A DNA stretch of 63,310 nt, filler included, from Basidiobolus ranarum (taxonomy: Eukaryota): NCBI GenBank assembly GCA_040143965.1. It is 36 parts of 36 records of this genome, joined end to end, with 100 filler letters (N's around TTAATTAATTAA, not from the genome) between each part and the next. Parts side by side here need not be neighbours in the genome. Positions count along the whole stretch, not along the records: positions 61,660 to 63,310 come from JASJQH010004623.1; 35 more parts are not named here. The stretch is one strand, 5' to 3'. Both the position numbers and the translations under genes were made by a program. This document shows positions 62,301 through 63,310 of this stretch, piece after piece. Numbering within the stretch: position 1 is the stretch's first letter; each line of letters starts with the position of its first letter. Below the pieces are notes generated by a model. It did not search any database and was not told where the DNA came from. It saw only the letters and a list, made by a program, of their open reading frames with translations.

Positions 62301-63310
62301 TTTCCACCAAGACCTTCCATGGAAGGTCACCTGATCATCCTTACATCATCCCACTTTGTATTGGTCCTTGTAGTCCCCAACAGACTTGCAAGATACTTGA
62401 AAAGATTTCACTTACTCTTGATCTCAATTTCAAAGGTTTTGCAGCAGCTACTTCCCACTTTACCAACTTATATACAATCTGTTAAGCTGTCAGATATACT
62501 CTTTTCAACAGAGGTCCTTTGTATAGTTGAAGTTATAGTAGTTGTCAATATGGAAATATTAATTTATTGAGCTATTACAAATTTGATATATGTCTGCCCT
62601 ATATATATTGTTTCTGAGATATTTGAGCAGTGCCAGCAAACAAGATTTGTATGAAACAAGTAATGAGAGCAATCAAAAGCATAATGTTATAGTTTTCGAT
62701 TGTTTATAACACAGCATTTAGAAACATTGCTAATAATGTATAGTTTTAGTGCAAAAAACATGCACTCAACACTGATTCACCAATGGTTGTGAATGAGAAT
62801 TTGTATAATACCATCAAAAGTACTGGAATACCCTGGTAATATCAAAGAAAGTTATTGGGGCTTTGCTTCGGCAATGCGACAGATATCAGGTCAATAAATT
62901 GGGCAAATGCATTCAAAAAAAGGGAATCAGGGCTGAAAGTCAATGTGAGATGAAAAGCACGTAAAAGAAGTGTAGGGGGGACAGCATTGGAATATGATGA
63001 GAATAAAAACATACCTTTCTGGAGAGGATATTTGATTCATAATTTATTTTACTACGAGTTATTGTAACATAGCAACTATCAAACAATGGAATTTGCGGAA
63101 TTAGAATATAATTTTGGTATTTGGTTCGAAGAGTTATGGTGGCAGTGTACTATTTCACTAGCAACTATTCATTCATTGAAACTAATTGTTTCTTATCAAT
63201 TCGCTCATAATTATAGGCCAGTTGCATCTAAAGGTACTCGGAGACACTAGTTTAATCCCAGAATAATGTTGTAAACTCTCAAGATAAATAATCAATACTA
63301 TAGATTATAT

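Overview
This is not one genomic locus. It is 36 unlinked contigs of about 1.65-1.67 kb, sorted by decreasing length and joined by artificial 100-nt linkers (N44-TTAATTAATTAA-N44). The source looks like an AT-rich, intron-bearing eukaryote, most likely a fungus (ENA-type ATPase, eL42 ending GAALVF, 58-73 nt GT-AG introns). Most of the sequence is decayed, CpG-depleted transposon DNA in three groups: (1) several Ty1/copia families, with five LTR types here called A-E and a half-tRNAi-Met (Hemivirus-type) primer-binding site (PBS); (2) a high-copy CMC/EnSpm (CACTA-like) DNA transposon with CCCTAACA termini and two divergently oriented genes; (3) a chromodomain Ty3/gypsy element. CpG-retaining host islands carry fragments of RPL42, a trihelix Myb/SANT gene, an ENA P-type ATPase, xanthine dehydrogenase, a secreted I9/subtilisin-like protein, and a tRNA-Pro(CGG). 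The standout is LTR-A, a ~280-bp copia LTR present in 5 copies. It carries a 73-nt tRNA-like cassette with intact Pol III A and B boxes about 27 nt from the LTR 3' end. It is found as solo LTRs with 5-bp target-site duplications (TSDs) and as the 5' LTR of a gag-coding element whose internal sequence is elsewhere attached to an unrelated LTR. All coordinates were read by eye and may be off by a few bases.
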